A stretch of 64,000 bases of DNA from Candidatus Poriferihabitaceae bacterium (GTDB lineage: Bacteria > Pseudomonadota > Gammaproteobacteria > Arenicellales > Poriferihabitantaceae), in contig CBDBJR010000002.1 of NCBI GenBank assembly GCA_965206445.1, positions 2,568,741-2,632,740 on the forward strand, in the 5' to 3' direction. Positions 30,719-40,119 of the stretch are shown in pieces. The notes beneath the pieces were generated by a model. The model saw nothing but the letters and a program-made list of their open reading frames with translations. It was not told the DNA's origin and searched no databases. The number at the start of each line of letters is the position of its first letter. Position 1 is the stretch's first letter. A program made the position numbers and the translations under genes.

Positions 30719-32245
30719 ATGACTGACTATGATCTAGTTATTGTTGGTGGCGGGATCAATGGTTGTGGTATTGCCCGCGATGCCGCTGGACGCGGACTGA
30801 AAGTGCTATTGTGCGAAAAAGGAGATCTGGCATCATCCACTTCGTCGGCGAGCACCAAACTGATACACGGCGGGTTGCGGTACCTTGAGCAGGGCGATTT
30901 TCGGTTGGTACGCGAATCTTTACTTGAGCGTGAGCGGCTACTTCGCATGGCCCCCCACCTGATTCGCCCGATGCGTTTTGTGTTGCCGCACAGCAAAGGC
31001 ATGCGTCCTGCATGGTTGATTCGGTTGGGACTGTTTTTATACGATCACATGGGTGGTCGTCGCTTGCTACCGGCCACGCGTAGTCTGGATTTGGCTGCCG
31101 ATGCGGCAGGCAAACCGCTGATTTTGGGTATCGGAGCAGCATACGAGTATTCCGATTGCTGGGTTGATGACACCCGACTGGTGGTGTTGAACGCACTTGA
31201 TGCCGCTGAACGTGGCGCGGATATCCGAACGTATGCGAAGTGCGTTTCCGCACGGCGTGAAAATAGCGCATGGCGCATCAAGATTGCCGCAAAAGACGGT
31301 AGCGACACCGTGTCATCTCGCACCCTCGTCAACGCCGCCGGATTATGGGCGGGCGAATTCCGTGCCGACGTGTTGGGCGAAGCGGGTCATCAAAATCGTA
31401 CCATTCGTATGGTACGAGGTAGTCACATCGTCGTATCAAAATTATTTGAAGGCGAACACGCATACATTTTGCAAAATAAAGATCAACGAATTACTTTCGC
31501 TATACCCTATGAAAACGATTATACTTTGATTGGAACCACGGAATGTGAATACAGCGGTAATGGAGAAAACATCCAAATTACTGACGGAGAAGTCGAGTAC
31601 TTATTGCATGCCATTGGGCATTATTTCAAAACTCCTTGCACCAGAGATAATATCGTCTGGACTTACTCTGGTGTGCGCTCGCTGTTTGACGATGGCACTG
31701 AGAATTTGTCTAAGGTAACGCGCGATTATGTGTTGGCTTTGGATCACGGCATACCTGCATTGCTGAATATTTTTGGTGGAAAAATCACCACCTACCGTCA
31801 ACTGTCGGAAAAAGCGGTCGATCTTCTGGCATCGTTTATTCCCGGCACAAAGGGCAAGTGGACCGCTACATCTTCGTTGGTGGGCGGTGATTTTCCCGTG
31901 TATGGAGTCGATAACCTGGCCTTGAAATTGCGTGCAACTTGCGCTGGATTGAGCAAGGTGCAGTCACTGCGAATGGTGCGTGCTTATGGAACGCGAGTGT
32001 TTAATGTGATTGCAGAAGCGAACAGCGTCAATGATTTTGAAATACATTTTGGTGCTGGTTTGTACGAACTAGAAGTGAAGTATATGATGGATTTTGAATG
32101 GGCGAAGTCGGTTGAAGATATACTATGGCGGCGAAGTAAATTCGGTTTGCTCATGAATGACGCCGAAAAAATACATCTCGCCAAATGGATGCAACAAAGG
32201 CATGTTGCTGCCGATGATCACTCCGCAAAAATGGTCACCAACTGA
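30719..32245 (+). CDS. glpD: FAD-dependent glycerol-3-phosphate dehydrogenase
   Basis: MTDYDLVIVGGGINGCGIARDAAGRGLKVLLCEKGDLASSTSSASTKLIHGGLRYLE, a canonical GlpD N-terminus. Confidence 0.92.
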   Translation: MTDYDLVIVGGGINGCGIARDAAGRGLKVLLCEKGDLASSTSSASTKLIHGGLRYLEQGDFRLVRESLLERERLLRMAPHLIRPMRFVLPHSKGMRPAWLIRLGLFLYDHMGGRRLLPATRSLDLAADAAGKPLILGIGAAYEYSDCWVDDTRLVVLNALDAAERGADIRTYAKCVSARRENSAWRIKIAAKDGSDTVSSRTLVNAAGLWAGEFRADVLGEAGHQNRTIRMVRGSHIVVSKLFEGEHAYILQNKDQRITFAIPYENDYTLIGTTECEYSGNGENIQITDGEVEYLLHAIGHYFKTPCTRDNIVWTYSGVRSLFDDGTENLSKVTRDYVLALDHGIPALLNIFGGKITTYRQLSEKAVDLLASFIPGTKGKWTATSSLVGGDFPVYGVDNLALKLRATCAGLSKVQSLRMVRAYGTRVFNVIAEANSVNDFEIHFGAGLYELEVKYMMDFEWAKSVEDILWRRSKFGLLMNDAEKIHLAKWMQQRHVAADDHSAKMVTN

Positions 32246-32255
32246 GTGCGCGCCA

Positions 32256-33332
32256 ATGCTTGAATTAAAAAATATTTCCTACTTGGATGCGAGTACGACG
32301 CACATCTATCCAACCGATTTGTCATTGCAGCCGGGCGAATTTAACAATCTGCTCGGTGCTACGCTGTCCGGAAAAACGACACTAATACGCTTAATGGCAG
32401 GGCTCGAACAACCGAGCGCCGGTTGTGTGCTGTTCGATGGCGAAGATGTTACCGCTCAATCAGTGCGTGACCGCGATGTTTCGATGGTATACCAGCAGTT
32501 TGTCAACTATCCGACGATGAACGTGTTCGATAACATTGCTTCTCCGTTATGCGCCCGCGGCCGGCCACCATCGGACTGGAAACATCGTGTCGGCGAGGTC
32601 GCCGAAATGATACGTATATCAGATTTGCTGGATCGGATGCCACATGAACTTTCCGGCGGACAACAGCAACGTATCGCAATCGCACGATCATTAGTGCGCC
32701 CTACCAGGCTGGTGTTGCTCGATGAACCGCTGGCAAATCTCGATTATAAATTGCGCGAAGAATTATGTGAAGAATTGCCGCGGCTGTTCGCTGATCGGGG
32801 TTCTGTAATCGTTTATGCGACTACTGATCCCAGAGAGGCACTGCTGATGGGCGGTAATACGGTATTACTATACCAGGGTCGAGTCATTCAATTTGGTTGT
32901 ACAACCGATGTTTACCATCATCCAAAAACACTTTTGGCGGTGCGCAGTTTTTCCAATCCGCCGCTCAACGAAATGACGATGGTGATGCGTGATGGAAAAG
33001 TAGTTTCCGAAACAGCCGGTATAGTCATGCCCTTGCATCGAAAATTTTCAGCGTTATCAAGAGGACCATGCGAGGTTGTATTTCGTCCGCACCACCTTAA
33101 ACTTGGCCCGCCACCGAGGGGTTCCGAGTGGATGCCGTTACGAGGAGAAGTAATTCTGACCGAAATTTCCGGATCAGAAAGTTTTGTTCATGTGCGAGTC
33201 GGCTCTTGTGAATGGATATTGCACACTCATAAAATAATTTCGCATGCGCAAAACGAGAAAATAGAAATGCATATATCCATTGACAACGTGATGGTGTTCG
33301 CCAAAGTGGGTAACAGCGCGGAGACGACCTGA
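32256..33332 (+). CDS. ABC transporter ATP-binding protein 1 (MalK/UgpC-like)
   Basis: Walker A-like [22 protein letters not shown] and LLDEPL. The internal ATG at 32256 lies just after the glpD stop. Confidence 0.88.
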   Translation: MLELKNISYLDASTTHIYPTDLSLQPGEFNNLLGATLSGKTTLIRLMAGLEQPSAGCVLFDGEDVTAQSVRDRDVSMVYQQFVNYPTMNVFDNIASPLCARGRPPSDWKHRVGEVAEMIRISDLLDRMPHELSGGQQQRIAIARSLVRPTRLVLLDEPLANLDYKLREELCEELPRLFADRGSVIVYATTDPREALLMGGNTVLLYQGRVIQFGCTTDVYHHPKTLLAVRSFSNPPLNEMTMVMRDGKVVSETAGIVMPLHRKFSALSRGPCEVVFRPHHLKLGPPPRGSEWMPLRGEVILTEISGSESFVHVRVGSCEWILHTHKIISHAQNEKIEMHISIDNVMVFAKVGNSAETT

Positions 33333-34417
33333 TGGCAGAATTACGTTTTGATTGTCTTGCACATACCTATCTGAAAAATCCCGGAGCGCCCGGCGGACCG
33401 GATTGGTCGTTGAAGGAGATGAGCCAAATCTGGCAAGACGGCGGTTCATTTGCACTACTTGGTCCATCGGGTTGTGGCAAGACCACACTACTGAACATTC
33501 TCTCCGGTTTGTTGGTGCCGACTTGTGGCTGTGTTTTTTTTGATGACAAAAATGTTGTCGGCTTGTCACCGCAACAACGTAATATCGCCCAGATTTTTCA
33601 GTTTCCGGTTGTTTATGATACGATGTCGGTTTATGATAATCTTGCATTTCCGTTGCGTAATCGTGGCCTTGCCGAGAACGAAATCACCAAACGGGTTTCC
33701 CAGGTTGCAGAAGCATTAGAGTTGGGTTCACGACTTCAACGGCGCGCCTCCGATCTGACCGCCGATGCCAAGCAGAAAATTTCCATGGGGCGCGGGTTGG
33801 TACGAACCGATGTCAGCGCCATTTTGCTCGATGAGCCGCTCACTGTGATTGACCCGGAACTTAAATGGCGACTGCGCTCCAACCTCAAGGCGTTATACCG
33901 TCAATTCCGGCACACGATGATTTATGTTACCCACGATCAAACCGAAGCTCTGACTTTTGCCGACTCAATCCTGGTCATGCACGATGGTAGAATTGTGCAA
34001 CAAGGTAGTGCGGTGGAGTTGTTCGAGACACCATGTCACAAGTTTGTCGGTCATTTCATCGGCTCTCCAGGTATGAATTTTGCCTCTTGTCAAGTTGAAA
34101 ATGGCGCAGCGCTACTTAATGGTATCAGAGTCGATTTAGCATGCAAAGTGGCACTCCCACCGAGTGGAGCGACAGTCGAACTCGGCGTTCGCCCCGAGTT
34201 CGTTAAACTTGGACGCGAAGGGATCCCCGCCAAGGTGCAGCGTATGACGGATATCGGACATCACCGCATTGCCGATTTGTCAATCGACGGTATAGCGCCG
34301 CGTTTCAAAGCCCTGATTTCTGCGGAAGATAATATCCCGACTGAGGTCAAGGTATCCTTCGCGCCTGAGCGAACCTATGTTTACTACGACGGCTGGATGG
34401 CGGCAGCGGCGACATGA
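33332..34417 (+). CDS. ABC transporter ATP-binding protein 2 (MalK/UgpC-like)
   Basis: GPSGCGKTT and LLDEPL motifs. The start overlaps the previous stop (TGATG). Confidence 0.88.
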   Translation: MAELRFDCLAHTYLKNPGAPGGPDWSLKEMSQIWQDGGSFALLGPSGCGKTTLLNILSGLLVPTCGCVFFDDKNVVGLSPQQRNIAQIFQFPVVYDTMSVYDNLAFPLRNRGLAENEITKRVSQVAEALELGSRLQRRASDLTADAKQKISMGRGLVRTDVSAILLDEPLTVIDPELKWRLRSNLKALYRQFRHTMIYVTHDQTEALTFADSILVMHDGRIVQQGSAVELFETPCHKFVGHFIGSPGMNFASCQVENGAALLNGIRVDLACKVALPPSGATVELGVRPEFVKLGREGIPAKVQRMTDIGHHRIADLSIDGIAPRFKALISAEDNIPTEVKVSFAPERTYVYYDGWMAAAAT

Positions 34418-35289
34418 TTCGACGCACCGTCAACAAACGTGCATGGCTGCTGGTTCTTCCAGTGCTGGTTGTTGTGGCATTCAATGCGGTAGTACCACTG
34501 ATGACGGTCGTCAACTACTCGGTACAAGAAACCTTCGGCGACAACTTATTTTTATGGCATGGCATGGGTTGGTTTTACGATGTGCTTAACTCCAGTCGTT
34601 TCCGCGAAGCGCTTGGCAGGCAGCTTCTTTTCACCGCATCCATACTGATCATTGAAATTCCATTGGGCATTGCGATCGCGGTGACGATGCCACGCAAAGG
34701 AATCGGGGTAACGATTTGTCTGGTGCTGATGGCATTGCCATTGTTAATCCCCTGGAATGTTGTCGGTGCGATGTGGAATATTTTCGCCCTGCCCGATGTT
34801 GGATTGCTGGGATGGACGCTCAATGAAATGGGGATTCCCTACAACTTCACCCGGCAGCCACTCTCGGCGTGGCTCACGGTGTTGGCGATGGACGTCTGGC
34901 ACTGGACTTCGATGGTTGTGTTGCTCGCCTATGCCGGTTTGGTTGCGATTTCGCCTGCCTACTATCAAGCGGCGAGAATTGACGGCGCCTCACGCTGGGC
35001 AGTGTTTCGTTACATTGAGTTACCCAAGATGAAGCATGTATTGACCATCGCCATTCTGTTGCGGTTTATGGATAGCTTCATGATTTATACCGAACCTTTT
35101 GTCCTTACCGGTGGCGGTCCCGGCAATGCCACCGCGTTTCTTTCCATTGATCTGGTGAAAATCGCACTCGGTCAGTTTGATCTAGGCCCGGCTGCGGCGA
35201 TGTCATTGATTTACTTTTTCTTTATTCTGCTGGTATGCTGGCTGTTTTACAATATCATCATGTCAAATGAAGGAGAGAACCAACAATGA
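34414..35289 (+). CDS. ABC sugar-type permease 1
   Basis: Polytopic protein with the EAA loop YYQAARIDGASRWAVFRYIELP. ATGA coupling to the previous gene. Confidence 0.88.
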   Translation: MIRRTVNKRAWLLVLPVLVVVAFNAVVPLMTVVNYSVQETFGDNLFLWHGMGWFYDVLNSSRFREALGRQLLFTASILIIEIPLGIAIAVTMPRKGIGVTICLVLMALPLLIPWNVVGAMWNIFALPDVGLLGWTLNEMGIPYNFTRQPLSAWLTVLAMDVWHWTSMVVLLAYAGLVAISPAYYQAARIDGASRWAVFRYIELPKMKHVLTIAILLRFMDSFMIYTEPFVLTGGGPGNATAFLSIDLVKIALGQFDLGPAAAMSLIYFFFILLVCWLFYNIIMSNEGENQQ

Positions 35290-36083
35290 AATGGGCACGT
35301 ATAGTCCCAGCTGTCTACATCATTTTTTTGATGCTGCCGATCTACTGGCTATTGAGCATGTCCTTCCGCACCACAAACGAAATTCTGGGCGGGTTCTCTC
35401 TGTTCCCAAGGAATATTACGTTTGAAAATTATAAAACCATCTTCACCGATCCAACCTGGTACTGGGGTTATTTCAATTCGTTAATTTACGTCTCCATCAA
35501 CACGGTTTTTTCGGTGGCAATGGCACTGCCCGCTGCTTACGCCTTTTCACGCTACCGCTTTTTAGGTGACCGGCACTTGTTTTTCTGGTTGTTGAGCAAT
35601 CGCATGGCACCGCCGGCAGTATTTGCATTGCCGTTTTTTCAACTCTACTCATCGGTCGGACTGTTTGATACACATATCGCCGTAGCATGTGCGCATTTTT
35701 TGTTTAACGTACCCCTTGCAGTCTGGATACTGGAGGGTTTTATATCCGGCATACCCAAAGAACTTGATGAAATGTCATTCATTGACGGCTACTCGTTTCC
35801 GCGTTTTTTCGTCAAAATATTATTGCCTGTAATCGTTTCGGGAGTCGGAGTTGCTGCATTTTTTTGCTTCATGTTTTCATGGGTTGAGCTGCTATTGGCA
35901 AAAACGCTTACGGCGGTGGAGGCAAAACCTATTGCAGCTACGATGACACGTACGGCAAGCACCTCGGGCTACGAGCTCGGGTTGTTGGCAGCAGCAGGCT
36001 CGCTGACACTGGTGCCAGGGGCGATGGTCATCTGGTTTGTGCGCGATTACATCGCCAAAGGATTTTCGATGGGCAGGGTCTGA
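35286..36083 (+). CDS. ABC sugar-type permease 2
   Basis: Polytopic protein with the EAA-like loop LDEMSFIDGYSFPRFFVKILLP. ATGA coupling to the previous gene. Confidence 0.88.
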   Translation: MKWARIVPAVYIIFLMLPIYWLLSMSFRTTNEILGGFSLFPRNITFENYKTIFTDPTWYWGYFNSLIYVSINTVFSVAMALPAAYAFSRYRFLGDRHLFFWLLSNRMAPPAVFALPFFQLYSSVGLFDTHIAVACAHFLFNVPLAVWILEGFISGIPKELDEMSFIDGYSFPRFFVKILLPVIVSGVGVAAFFCFMFSWVELLLAKTLTAVEAKPIAATMTRTASTSGYELGLLAAAGSLTLVPGAMVIWFVRDYIAKGFSMGRV

Positions 36084-36092
36084 GAGCATACG

Positions 36093-36368
36093 ATGAGCTG
36101 GATGGCCTGGACATGGCAAACAGCGGTGTTCTTTATTATCATCGCGGCGCTGCTTATAGCAATGACAGTATGGGAATCCCTATCCCCAGGCGGCGGTGCA
36201 CGAAAAGGAATTTTTCGACTGTATACGACGCGCGGTGATCGATTATTTATCTCACTTCTCGGCAGTGCGTATATTCACATGATCTGGATCGCTTTCGTTT
36301 CGGCGCATATCACCTGGGCGATGCTCATCAGCCTGGCGTGGGCGTATTTTGTATTTCGTCGCGTTTAG
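36093..36368 (+). CDS. small two-TM membrane protein (DUF2160-like) associated with glycerol ABC loci
   Basis: 91 aa, hydrophobic, located between the permease and glpK, as in rhizobial-type glycerol loci (recalled from memory). Confidence 0.6.
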   Translation: MSWMAWTWQTAVFFIIIAALLIAMTVWESLSPGGGARKGIFRLYTTRGDRLFISLLGSAYIHMIWIAFVSAHITWAMLISLAWAYFVFRRV

Positions 36369-36407
36369 CCGCAGGATGACATGACATTCACAGCATAGAT
36401 TATATTA

Positions 36408-37895
36408 ATGAGCGAGCCTTACATATTGGTATTGGATCAGGGCACTACCAGCTCCCGCGCGATTTTGTTTGACCGTGATGGTATTACTCGATACACCGCA
36501 CAGAAAGAACTGACTCAACACTACCCGGCGGACGGCTGGGTTGAACACGACGCGGATGAAATCGTTGCGGGCGCGCTTGCAGTATGCGGCGAAGCGATTG
36601 TTCATGCCGACCGCAACGATTTGCAAATTGCCGCACTCGGTATCACCAACCAGCGTGAGACGACGGTGGTGTGGGAGCGGCAAAGCGGCAAACCGCTCCA
36701 TCGTGCCATCGTGTGGCAGGATCGGCGCACCACTGATGTGTGTGAAGCCCTGCGCGAGCTGGGCATTGAGCCTGAAGTCAACTCGCGCAGCGGGCTGCTG
36801 ATTGATCCGTATTTTTCAGCCACCAAAATTGCCTGGATCCTTGACCATGTAGCAGGCGCACGGCAGCGTGCCGAACGTGGTGAGCTCGCTTTTGGCACCA
36901 CCGATTGTTATCTGTTGTGGCGCCTCACCGGTGGACGGGTGCACGCGACCGATGCGACCAACGCTTCGCGCACCCTGCTGTTCAACATCCACACCGGGCA
37001 GTGGGATGATGTGCTGCTCAGACACTTTAACGTGCCGCGCGAGATGTTGCCGGAAGTCAAAGATTGTGCCGCCGACTACGGCAATGTGTCTTTACCGGGT
37101 GCCATATTGCCGCTGTGCGGAGTCGCAGGTGACCAGCAAGCGGCGGCAATCGGGCAAGCATGTTTCCACCCGGGTATGGTCAAGAGCACTTACGGCACCG
37201 GCTGTTTCGTGCTGATGCACACCGGCGAGCAGCAAGTGCAATCGAAAAATCGCCTGCTCACCACCATCGCCTGGCGTCTCGACGGCAACACACGTTACGC
37301 GCTGGAAGGCTCCATATTCAACGCCGGCTCCACGGTGCAATGGTTGCGCGATGGCCTGGGGTTGCTTGAATCCGCCGAAGACAGTGAGCGCATGGCGCAA
37401 CAACGCGATTCAAACAACGGTGTGTATCTGGTGCCGGCATTCACCGGACTTGGGGCGCCGCACTGGGATGCGCGCGCGCGCGGCGGCATTTTTGGATTGA
37501 CCCGCGATACTACGGCGGCCGACTTTGCACGCGCCGCATTGGAATCCGTGTGCTATCAGACCTTTGATCTTCTCGAAGCGATGAGCGACGATGCCGGAAA
37601 GCCAAACGCGATACGCGTAGACGGTGGCATGTGCGTGAATAACTGGCTGATGCAGTTTCTGGCGGACATTGTGCAACTGCCGGTGGAGCGCCCACAAATT
37701 GTCGAGACCACTGCGCTCGGTGCGGCCTTCCTTGCGGGGTTGCAGTGTGGCGTGTATGCCGGGCTTGACGACCTGAGTCAACGTTATGCGTTGCAACGGC
37801 GGTTTACTCCGGCGATGGATGAGCAACAACGCGCAGCTCTGTGCGCGGCATGGAGACGCTCGGTGCAACGGATACGGAGCGAGCAGAGAAATTAG
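36408..37895 (+). CDS. glpK: glycerol kinase
   Basis: [31 protein letters not shown] and [15 protein letters not shown] are canonical GlpK motifs. Confidence 0.95.
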   Translation: MSEPYILVLDQGTTSSRAILFDRDGITRYTAQKELTQHYPADGWVEHDADEIVAGALAVCGEAIVHADRNDLQIAALGITNQRETTVVWERQSGKPLHRAIVWQDRRTTDVCEALRELGIEPEVNSRSGLLIDPYFSATKIAWILDHVAGARQRAERGELAFGTTDCYLLWRLTGGRVHATDATNASRTLLFNIHTGQWDDVLLRHFNVPREMLPEVKDCAADYGNVSLPGAILPLCGVAGDQQAAAIGQACFHPGMVKSTYGTGCFVLMHTGEQQVQSKNRLLTTIAWRLDGNTRYALEGSIFNAGSTVQWLRDGLGLLESAEDSERMAQQRDSNNGVYLVPAFTGLGAPHWDARARGGIFGLTRDTTAADFARAALESVCYQTFDLLEAMSDDAGKPNAIRVDGGMCVNNWLMQFLADIVQLPVERPQIVETTALGAAFLAGLQCGVYAGLDDLSQRYALQRRFTPAMDEQQRAALCAAWRRSVQRIRSEQRN

Positions 37896-38063
37896 ACCTA
37901 CCGGTGTACGCCGACCGCCAGCACCGAAACGACTGATTCACCGAAGCGTAACCCGCCCCCCTGGCAAGCGCCGGCACGAGGCCGGCGGCAATCCGTATCG
38001 GTAGCGCTTCGCACCGCACCCGAAACCACAAACGCGGCGCCGTCAAACCCGCCAGCCATGCGA

Positions 38064-39035
38064 TCAGGAATGCCGGTTCTGCGGTTGGTTGACCGGCGTA
38101 AGCGGGGCATCGCCGTACAAAACAGCGGTAACATTGTCCGCCACCAGTTCCGCCATACGCCGCCGGGTATGTATGGTTGCGCTACCTTGATGCGACGACA
38201 AAACCACGTTATCCATCGCCAGCAGCGTGTCCGGCACATTGGGCTCATTGGCAAATACATCCAGCGCAGCGCCTTTGATAACCCCGTTTTGCAAAGCGGT
38301 AATCAACGCATCCTGGTCCACCAGCGCGCCACGTGCGACATTAATCAAGTAGCCATCGGCACCCAACGCGCTCAATACTTCCGCATTCACCATGTTGCGC
38401 GTTTGCGCGGTTGCCGGCATGCAAACGCAGAGAATATCGCAGCCCGCCGCCAGCGTGGACGGACTGTCAGCCCATTGATGCGGCACATCCGACTTGACCT
38501 TTGTCGCGTGATAGGAGACGGCCATATCAAACGCCAGTGCCCGCCGCACGATGGCGCTACCTATGCGCCCCATGCCCAACATACCGAGACGCTTGCCGGT
38601 CAGTCGATCGGTAAGCGCAAAGTCGCCGTGCTTTTTCCATTCACCGTTGCGCACATAGCGATCCACTTGCGGAAGTTGACGCATCAGCGCCAGCATCAAC
38701 GCCAGTGCCAAATCGGCAACATCATCATTCAACACATCCGGCGTATTGCTCACCCATGCACCGCGTTCTGCAGCTGCCGCAGTGTCGATACCGTCGTAAC
38801 CGACACCATAGCATCCGATGATCTGTAGATTCGGCATTTGATCCATCATGGCCGCATCCGCCTTCGTGTTGCCGGCGGTGATCAGCGCGCTGATATTCTG
38901 GCCGTGGTCGGCGAGAAATTTCGCACTTGCATCGCCGCCTGAAGAAAACTGGTGCAAGGTGAACGATGCCGACAAACGCGCGCACACGTCTGCCGGTAAA
39001 ATACCCCCAATGAGAACAATTTCTGCACTGCTCAT
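38064..39035 (-). CDS. D-isomer-specific 2-hydroxyacid dehydrogenase (glyoxylate/hydroxypyruvate reductase-like)
   Basis: GMLGMGRIGSAIVRRA NAD fold, NVARGALVD, and catalytic His in SSHQGSAT. Confidence 0.88.
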   Translation of the reverse strand: MSSAEIVLIGGILPADVCARLSASFTLHQFSSGGDASAKFLADHGQNISALITAGNTKADAAMMDQMPNLQIIGCYGVGYDGIDTAAAAERGAWVSNTPDVLNDDVADLALALMLALMRQLPQVDRYVRNGEWKKHGDFALTDRLTGKRLGMLGMGRIGSAIVRRALAFDMAVSYHATKVKSDVPHQWADSPSTLAAGCDILCVCMPATAQTRNMVNAEVLSALGADGYLINVARGALVDQDALITALQNGVIKGAALDVFANEPNVPDTLLAMDNVVLSSHQGSATIHTRRRMAELVADNVTAVLYGDAPLTPVNQPQNRHS

Positions 39036-39922
39036 GTTACTACCCCCTCTTTCAAGAATTGGTAAAGCGCACTGTGGTCGACCTCGCCAAAGCCGGCGGC
39101 TATCATCTGTACAAACATCCCGGTCGCGGTGGTTGTTATTGGAATTTCGACTCCGCAGTTTGCCGCTTCCTGTGCGGCGTTTTGCAAATCGCGGAGTTGG
39201 TATTTAGCCGGGCCGCCGGGAGTGAAATCACCCTTCAACATGCGCTCGCCGTGCTGGCGCAGCACCAGGGAATCAGCGAAACCGCCCATCAACGCGTCAC
39301 GCACCGCAACCCCGTTTGCCCCGCCGGCCTGCGCCAGAATCAGCGCCTCGGCGACCACTGCGATCGTGGCACCGACAATCGCCTGATTCGCCAGTTTCGC
39401 CAGTTGTCCGCAACCGACTGCGCCGATGTATTTGGGAACACCGATAACGCGCAACAATGGTTGGGCGCGGGCAAATGTTTCCGCGTCGCCACCGCACATG
39501 ATGACCAGCCTGCCCTCTTTCGCGCCTTTTTCCCCGCCAGAGACCGGAGCGTCCAAATACGCCGCGCCGACTTGCGCGCATTGCCGCGCCAGATCGCGTG
39601 CGGTTTGTGGTGTAAGGGTGCTGGACACAATGATGCAGGCGCCTTCGGCGAGGCTGCTGCAGGCACCTTGTTCACCAAACAAAACCGAATCGACCGCAGT
39701 GCCGTCGCTGACCATCACCACGATAAACTCTGAGCCATCCGCTGCGGCCGCCGGAGATGCGGCAATGACCGCACCATCCGCCGCCAGCGGGCGTGATTTT
39801 TCCGGCGTACGATTCCAGACAGACAACGGATAACCGGCCACCAATAGATTGTGTGCCATTGGCAGGCCCATGATGCCGGTGCCTAACAAAGCGACCCGCG
39901 GCATCGGTTGTTTTTCATTCAT
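39032..39922 (-). CDS. NAD(P)-dependent beta-hydroxyacid dehydrogenase (tartronate semialdehyde / 3-hydroxyisobutyrate reductase family)
   Basis: VALLGTGIMGLPMAHNL and DAPVSGGEKGA motifs. ATGA coupling to the downstream gene. Confidence 0.85.
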   Translation of the reverse strand: MNEKQPMPRVALLGTGIMGLPMAHNLLVAGYPLSVWNRTPEKSRPLAADGAVIAASPAAAADGSEFIVVMVSDGTAVDSVLFGEQGACSSLAEGACIIVSSTLTPQTARDLARQCAQVGAAYLDAPVSGGEKGAKEGRLVIMCGGDAETFARAQPLLRVIGVPKYIGAVGCGQLAKLANQAIVGATIAVVAEALILAQAGGANGVAVRDALMGGFADSLVLRQHGERMLKGDFTPGGPAKYQLRDLQNAAQEAANCGVEIPITTTATGMFVQMIAAGFGEVDHSALYQFLKEGVVT

Positions 39923-40119
39923 GGATTGACTCCCGATCTTGCAGACTGGTGCAAAGCGATGCTACTACATATCCAACAAGAAGTGTTATCATTGCATCTG
40001 CATTGGGCTATCAAACAATCTCAACCTGCCATGACCGGCCGGCATCTGGCGGAAAAAATCAGCGACGCAGAAAGCATTGACGGAAGCATGGCTGGGTGGC
40101 AACACCGGGCTGAATAAGC

